Assembly (NCBI GenBank): GCA_020051775.1 | Contig: JAGVQJ010000153.1 | Location: 4,115-68,114 of the forward strand | Source: Calditrichota bacterium | GTDB lineage: Bacteria > Electryoneota > B3-LCP | Length of the DNA: 64,000 nt | Direction: 5' to 3' | In this document: positions 58,452 to 64,000 of the stretch, in pieces | Numbering within the stretch: position 1 is the first letter of the stretch | Layout: the number at the start of each line of letters is the position of its first letter | Notes under the pieces: model-generated | What the model was told of the DNA's origin: nothing | Databases searched by the model: none | What the model saw: only the letters and a program-made list of their open reading frames with translations | Translations under genes and position numbers: made by a program

Positions 58452-59357
58452 TCATCCACTTAACCAAGGATCCACTCCGCTGAAGGTGGCTTTCAGCGCG
58501 GAGGCGCGTGTAGCAAAACGTGCAGATTGCAATCCCTCTTGCCCCCAGCGTAACAGGTGGAAAAGGAACGCCGCTGAAAAAACGTCTCCGCAGCCGGTGG
58601 TATCCACAATCGTCTGCAGCGGGAACGCCGGAATCTCTTCTTTGAGAATCCCCTGTTCATCGGCGTGAAAATAATAGACCCCGTGTTCTCCTCGAGTCAC
58701 GATTACACCCTTTGAGCCATGTTCCAGCAACCAGTCGGCCACATCAACAAGTCCGGCAAAGGTGGTCTTGTTTTGACCGGTTAAACTGATGGCTTCAGCC
58801 CAGGTGAATTGGACATAATCCATGCCTTCCAACCATTCTTGCCAATCTCGCAGGGCGATGAGCCTACGACGGCCCCGGCTGTCAGGCTCGCTAAGAGTCA
58901 AACTATGGATATCTGCCAGAATAGGCCCCTTGTAGACACGGCGAATCCGGCGCATGGTTTCTCGAGTTATATCACGTCCGGAAGTGAAATTGATTAATAA
59001 CCCGTCAGTACCGTTCAGGTGTGTATGGATTTGATCGAATTCAAGCGGAGGTAAGTATAGTTCGGCAGTTTCTTCTTTATCGTCCTGGGTAACACAACGC
59101 AGAGTCACCCGGTTCTGCCGAACTGGAAATTTGATGACGCCATCGGTGAGAATATTTTCAAACCGCTTTAAAAGCGAGAAAAAATCCTGTGAGGCCTCTT
59201 CGCCCACTGCGCAAAGCGGTAAAACCTCTCCGCGACCGCGCAAATAATGCGCCAGAGGCAAGAGATTATAAACGATCCCGCCCCAAGCGGTGGTTTTCAC
59301 GCCATTGGGAAGAATCAGGCTGTCCCGATTAGGCGTTCCAATAACCGCAATTTTCAT
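58452..59357 (-). CDS. PfkB family carbohydrate/nucleoside kinase
   Basis: WGGIVYN, VTRGEHG, DTTGCGDVF; start MKIAVIG. Confidence 0.88.
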   Translation of the reverse strand: MKIAVIGTPNRDSLILPNGVKTTAWGGIVYNLLPLAHYLRGRGEVLPLCAVGEEASQDFFSLLKRFENILTDGVIKFPVRQNRVTLRCVTQDDKEETAELYLPPLEFDQIHTHLNGTDGLLINFTSGRDITRETMRRIRRVYKGPILADIHSLTLSEPDSRGRRRLIALRDWQEWLEGMDYVQFTWAEAISLTGQNKTTFAGLVDVADWLLEHGSKGVIVTRGEHGVYYFHADEQGILKEEIPAFPLQTIVDTTGCGDVFSAAFLFHLLRWGQEGLQSARFATRASALKATFSGVDPWLSG

Positions 59358-59575
59358 AGTACTCGACTCCCGGAGCGTAAAAAAGTTGCCACCGTTCAAT
59401 TGGCCGGAACCAGCGGCGCCGCTGAGGTTTTACAATCCTGTAATTGGTACGTTAAACAGGGCACGGTTGCAGGCGTAAGTTTAACTTCTTCGCATGGGTA
59501 TACCAAGTCGAATATACTCCTGCAATGGAAAGAATGCAAGGGAAAAATGAGGGGATTAGAGGGGAGCTTAAGGCG

Positions 59576-59740
59576 TCAGTCCTGTAAGCGCCGTTCGCGA
59601 TGCCGGCGTTCCACGTGCAGGCGACGTTCTCCAGTGCCTTCCAAACGGCGCTGTTGCAGCTTCAAGCCTTCAGGGGAGAAGTCACGGCGTTCACCTATAC
59701 GTCGTTCGCCTTCCCGACGATTAATGAAGACTTTGCCCAT
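59576..59740 (-). CDS. Small Arg-rich protein with ERR repeats
   Basis: AAGGTGA RBS, upstream TTGACA-N17-TAACTT; NRR/ERR/QRR repeats. Confidence 0.55.
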   Translation of the reverse strand: MGKVFINRREGERRIGERRDFSPEGLKLQQRRLEGTGERRLHVERRHRERRLQD

Positions 59741-59943
59741 TTCAGTCACCTTAGTACCTGTAATGTGGGTAGTAATCCACGGCATTGGCTGGGTACAAAA
59801 GTTACACAATATTCACGCGTATGTCAAGCCATAATTGAATGATCTTCTGATGGGAATAGGTTGTCTAAAAAGGCTTGTTCATTCTATTGGAAAACCCATT
59901 GAACCGGCCTTTTAGACAGTTTCATGAACCCATTCAGACAGGA

Positions 59944-60801
59944 TCATCCCAGATAAGATCGCAGAGATTTCGAGCGGCTGGCGTGGCGCAACCTGCGAAT
60001 TGCCTTCTCCTTGATCTGGCGTACGCGTTCACGAGTCAGATTAAACTTCTCCCCGATCTCTTCTAAGGTTAGCGGGTGCTCGCGATTCAAACCAAAGTAC
60101 AACCTCACTACCTCCGCTTCACGGCGCGACAGCGTTTGCAAGGCGCGTTCCACCTCTTTGCGCAATGATTCTTCCATCAGACCGTGATCAGGTGAGGGCG
60201 CCCGATCGTTGTGAATAATATCCAGCAGCCGGTTATCTTCACCTTGATTGAAGGGCGCATCCATGGACAGATGGCGACCGGACATTTTCAACGTGTCCGT
60301 GACCTCAAAAGCGGTCATGTCGAGTTGTTCGGCAATCTCTTCAGGGGATGGCTCCCGCTCAAATTCCTGCTCAAGGTTGCTGAAGGCTTTACCGATTTTG
60401 TTCAGGGCGCCCACGCGGTTTAGAGGCAGGCGCACCACACGGGACTGTTCCGCTAACGCCTGTAGGATGGATTGGCGGATCCACCACACGGCATAGCTAA
60501 TGAATTTGAAGCCTCGGGTTTCATCGAATCGCTTCGCTGCCTTGATTAATCCTAAATTGCCCTCGTTAATCAAGTCGCCCAGAGATAAACCCTGATTCTG
60601 ATACTGCTTGGCAACGCTGACAACGAAACGTAGATTGGCTTTTGTTAATTTCTCCAGTGCGGCCTGGTCATCCTGTTTGATGCGCCGTGCCAGATCAATT
60701 TCATCATCCGGATTGAGTAATTCGACTTCGCCGATTTCCTGGAGGTATTTTTCCAGAGATTGGTTTGCTCTGATGTTGATCTTCTTTGAGATCTTCGTCA
60801 T
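59944..60801 (-). CDS. rpoD: RpoD/SigA family sigma factor lacking region 1.1
   Basis: [39 protein letters not shown]; 285 aa. Confidence 0.9.
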   Translation of the reverse strand: MTKISKKINIRANQSLEKYLQEIGEVELLNPDDEIDLARRIKQDDQAALEKLTKANLRFVVSVAKQYQNQGLSLGDLINEGNLGLIKAAKRFDETRGFKFISYAVWWIRQSILQALAEQSRVVRLPLNRVGALNKIGKAFSNLEQEFEREPSPEEIAEQLDMTAFEVTDTLKMSGRHLSMDAPFNQGEDNRLLDIIHNDRAPSPDHGLMEESLRKEVERALQTLSRREAEVVRLYFGLNREHPLTLEEIGEKFNLTRERVRQIKEKAIRRLRHASRSKSLRSYLG

Positions 60802-60895
60802 GAATGCTCCGTTGGATGGTCTTCCCCGTAGCGTCAGGCCATTTCTCCGGCAAATTCAAGGCCAGTTTACCTCCGGATTGATAGCGCCAACCGAA

Positions 60896-62392
60896 TCAAG
60901 GTTTGATAAATTCAAATGTTTCCCGGTTGCCGCGCATCAAGCGGAAACTGAGCGTTCCCTTCGAATCGTCAAAATCAGCCACGATCCGGCGATAAGTCCT
61001 GAGATCCGCAATCGGTTTTCGATTGATTTCGACAATTACGTCTCCTGGTTCAATTTTTCCCTCAGCCGGGCTGTTGAAATCCACATCGGTCACCAGTACG
61101 CCATTACGGGCCTGCACGTCAAATTGGCGGGCTTGCGGTGAATCCACATCCAGCACGTGCAATCCGAGCCAGACGTTTTCTTTTTCCTGCCTGGGCTGCT
61201 GCCGGAGGGCGACGGCATCCTTGCGATTGCCCAATTCGAATTTCATGTTGCGGGATTTGCCATCACGCAGTACCTCCAACGCGACGTTACTTCCGGGCTT
61301 GAATCCGGCGATGAGGAATCGGAATCCGGTAGGATCTGTAATTAACTGGCCGTTGACCGCAGTAATAACGTCACCCGCTTGCAAACCACCTTTGTCAGCC
61401 GGTGTGCCCTCTTCCACCATATCCACCAATATGCCCTTGACGTCGGTGGGAATCTTTAAGGCTTCTCGAGCGGCATCATCTATTTCCCGAGGGACTAATC
61501 CCAAATAACCGCGTGTCACCTGATGATCGGGTCCGCGCAATTGATCCATGATGCTCTTAGCAATATTGATCGGGATGGCAAAGCCGATCCCCTGCCCTTG
61601 AGTATTGATTGCCGTATTAACGCCGATCACCTGGCCGCGAATGTTGACCAACGGCCCGCCGGAATTACCGAAATTAATGGAGGCATCTGTCTGGATGAAA
61701 TTTTGATAGGAAGGCCCACCCCCAGCGATGGCCAAATTGGATCGCCCTTTGGCGGAAATTACGCCCACGGTCACAGATCCTTCCAAGCCAAAGGGAGCGC
61801 CGATGGCAATCGCCCAATCTGCCACTTTGATATCATCGGAGTTGCCCAGCTCGGCTACTTGATTATCGCTGAATTTACTATCTTTGACTCGAATTACAGC
61901 CACATCGGATTCTGGGTCGGTACCGACGATTTCGGCGGGATGCTTATGACCATTGGCGTCGGTAACGGTGATCTCCTGAGCGCCACCCACGACATGATTG
62001 TTGGTCAGGATATATCCTTCTTTATCAACGATGATACCCGATCCACCTGAGGTGACCCCCCGTGGCACCTGGGGATGAAAATCCGGAAAAGGGAATCCGA
62101 AGGGGCTTTGATCGAAATTGTCCCCTCTGCCCTTCTCTTCCTTCTTAGCTGTGATATTAACAACGGCTGGTTTGACTTTATCAGCTACTGCTACGAAGGG
62201 GCTTTCTCCACCCGGAGTTAACAAAGCGGGGATTCCGGTTAAGGGCGCGATTTCCGCTTGCGGTGACTGGGCAACGGTTTCCTGCGTCCATTCCATTCTC
62301 GATGCAAACAGGACCCCCAGAAGCGTAAAGGTGACCGCCAGGATACCCAAGGCGGTCAATCTTTTCATAGTCCTTATAGTTTTTTCGCTCAT
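60896..62392 (-). CDS. degP: DegP/HtrA (Do family) serine protease, two PDZ domains
   Basis: LTNNHVV, DVAVI, IQTDASINFGNSGGPL. Confidence 0.93.
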   Translation of the reverse strand: MSEKTIRTMKRLTALGILAVTFTLLGVLFASRMEWTQETVAQSPQAEIAPLTGIPALLTPGGESPFVAVADKVKPAVVNITAKKEEKGRGDNFDQSPFGFPFPDFHPQVPRGVTSGGSGIIVDKEGYILTNNHVVGGAQEITVTDANGHKHPAEIVGTDPESDVAVIRVKDSKFSDNQVAELGNSDDIKVADWAIAIGAPFGLEGSVTVGVISAKGRSNLAIAGGGPSYQNFIQTDASINFGNSGGPLVNIRGQVIGVNTAINTQGQGIGFAIPINIAKSIMDQLRGPDHQVTRGYLGLVPREIDDAAREALKIPTDVKGILVDMVEEGTPADKGGLQAGDVITAVNGQLITDPTGFRFLIAGFKPGSNVALEVLRDGKSRNMKFELGNRKDAVALRQQPRQEKENVWLGLHVLDVDSPQARQFDVQARNGVLVTDVDFNSPAEGKIEPGDVIVEINRKPIADLRTYRRIVADFDDSKGTLSFRLMRGNRETFEFIKP

Positions 62393-62624
62393 GGCGCTCT
62401 CATTCTTAATAGTTGAAATTATTACAGGTATAAGTCGCGATGACTCACAGTTTCGTGCGACGTTTTTTCTACCAGTTGATGCTATCGTTCCTTATACTAC
62501 TGAGCAGAAATATTTCTCCCAGAAAAGGACAAACCTCTAAACTGATACGAGAAATAACGCCACCCCGTTCGCGGAATAAACTCGGAGGTGAGGCATTCTC
62601 TTCGCACGAAAATAAGCCTGATAT

Positions 62625-63815
62625 TTAATGGATTTTAACTTCAGCCTCCGGCCAGGGCGGCAACAGCTTGGTTAAAAGGTACAGGATGGCAACCGGTAGT
62701 AGCAACAGGAAGCCGGTCATAAACAACCCTTCAAACCCAAACAACTCGATCTTGTAGACGGTTAAACCGCGCAAGCTTTTGGAGAAAAGCTGACCGCCCA
62801 GCACAACATTCCAGCGCGTACTGAAAATGCCAACCTGCACCAAGATGGCGGCAATCAGGTAAGTGATACGGCGCATTTCATCCGGCACCCGGCCAAAACG
62901 CGCCCATACCAACGCCAGGAGGGGAACCAGGCTGCCCAGAATCAGTTGCGAGACGATCAAACTGATGAAAAGTCGGCTGGAAATCATCTGTGACAGGATG
63001 GTGATGGACTCTTCCGATTCATACAATCGCTGTGTGAAATCCAGCAACTCCAGGGAAAAGTCCACCAGCATGGCATAAATCAGGAATTCGGCCAGCTTGT
63101 TCAGGCAACTCATGTTGATCTCTTTCCACCTGAAGATGGTGGTTACCATGTACAGGAACAGCACTAAAGCAATGCCGGAGACCATGGCGGAGAACAAGAA
63201 AACAATGGGCATGAGGACACTTGACCACCAGGGGTTGGCTTTGATGGACCCGAAGATGAACCCAACATAACCGTGCAGCAGAAAGGCGGAGGGTATGCCG
63301 ATGATGGTGATGATCTTGCCCAATTTATCATCGAATCGCACGGATTTCTCCGACAGATCGGTAGCGCCTAAAGTTAACGCCTTGTAGACGAACCCCATCA
63401 ATCCTTTCTTCTCCTGCGACCATATTACGATGTCCTTGCGATAATCAAGCCAGATTTCCAGAAGCAGTACAACCATCAGATACCATGCATAGACGAATCC
63501 AAACATGGCCATAGCCGACTTCGTGTGGGGTGTTAGAAACATCTCGAAGGCGCGTTCCGGATGACCTAAATGCGCCAGCAGCGGCATGGGAGCTATGAAC
63601 AAGAAAGCCAATGCCGCCAGCAGGGACAATCGGTAGACCGGCTTCAACACGTGCACCTTGAATACTCGCTCCAGTGAAGCCAGAATGAATGCTCCTGCGA
63701 CCAAACCAGTGAGATAAGGATATAAGACCACCAAAATGCCCCAATGCAACTCAAACTCATTGGGATAGATGTACCCGGTGATCTCTTTCAATCCTTCCAG
63801 GATATTACTTTCCAC
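62625..63815 (-). CDS. NrfD/PsrC family membrane anchor subunit
   Basis: WGILVVLYPYLTGLVAG, HLGHPER, SAMA, YVGFIF, SAMVSG. Confidence 0.9.
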   Translation of the reverse strand: MESNILEGLKEITGYIYPNEFELHWGILVVLYPYLTGLVAGAFILASLERVFKVHVLKPVYRLSLLAALAFLFIAPMPLLAHLGHPERAFEMFLTPHTKSAMAMFGFVYAWYLMVVLLLEIWLDYRKDIVIWSQEKKGLMGFVYKALTLGATDLSEKSVRFDDKLGKIITIIGIPSAFLLHGYVGFIFGSIKANPWWSSVLMPIVFLFSAMVSGIALVLFLYMVTTIFRWKEINMSCLNKLAEFLIYAMLVDFSLELLDFTQRLYESEESITILSQMISSRLFISLIVSQLILGSLVPLLALVWARFGRVPDEMRRITYLIAAILVQVGIFSTRWNVVLGGQLFSKSLRGLTVYKIELFGFEGLFMTGFLLLLPVAILYLLTKLLPPWPEAEVKIH

Positions 63816-63817
63816 GG

Positions 63818-64000
63818 TTATCTCACCTCCCCATCGGCACCGGCGTAGAATACTTTCGGTTTAGTATTTAGCGAAGCTTTCAAAAGCATGATGTCATTAA
63901 AGCGCAGGAACCGCGCCAACGGACTGCTGCGCTGACCAATTTCTCCGAAAATCCGGGCTTGAGTAGGGCAGGCTTCCACGCACGCCGGCAGTAAGCCTTT
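63818..64000 (-). CDS. 4Fe-4S dicluster (NrfC/PsrB-like) subunit, C-terminal part
   Basis: Reads KGLLPACVEACPTQARIFG...TKPKVFY...EVR*. Confidence 0.88.
   Translation of the reverse strand, partial: KGLLPACVEACPTQARIFGEIGQRSSPLARFLRFNDIMLLKASLNTKPKVFYAGADGEVR

Noticed and set aside
59363-59510. 6S RNA
   Set aside because: Fold is branched with a one-sided bulge, lacking the two-sided central bubble; kept only as an unknown leader

Overview
Chromosomal segment of a probably anaerobic FCB-superphylum bacterium. Many secreted proteins carry 'PNPFNP' C-terminal sorting domains and the SigA is short; the shared 'NPPIxIPAxGGSF' module recalls LCP-89-like candidate lineages (inference). The left end (1-2400) is a prophage edge abutting the 3' end of tRNA-Leu(CAA), with ParB-N protein, Mom-like DNA-modification gene, terminase small subunit and the start of the large subunit. 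Next come a cluster of secreted CTD proteins (SBBP propeller, M1 aminopeptidase, two tandem S8 peptidases, later a C25 gingipain-like protease and several unknowns), an ABC transporter, purL, pduL and glyQS. Three TA-like cassettes are present (degenerate MNT + DUF5677/HEPN-like, MNT-HEPN, RelE-like + DUF2283). The right half holds lon-engB, the yggS-yggT-divIVA-punA-ileS-dksA-lspA-rluD block (interrupted by a fluoride-riboswitch antiporter module), IclR, SDR, PfkB, sigA, degP and nrfC/D-type genes. Highlights: an unrecognised tandem 85-nt structured RNA motif with compensatory base changes (32151-32352); a switchable RBS-sequestering leader on the phage mom gene; a promoter/terminator attenuator on the prophage late operon; a poly-G frameshift detaching a secretion signal; a MITE nested in a REP; a palindromic repeat in frame inside IleRS; and a duplicated promoter-operator driving an unknown two-gene operon. 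Family assignments come from motif recognition only; no database was searched.
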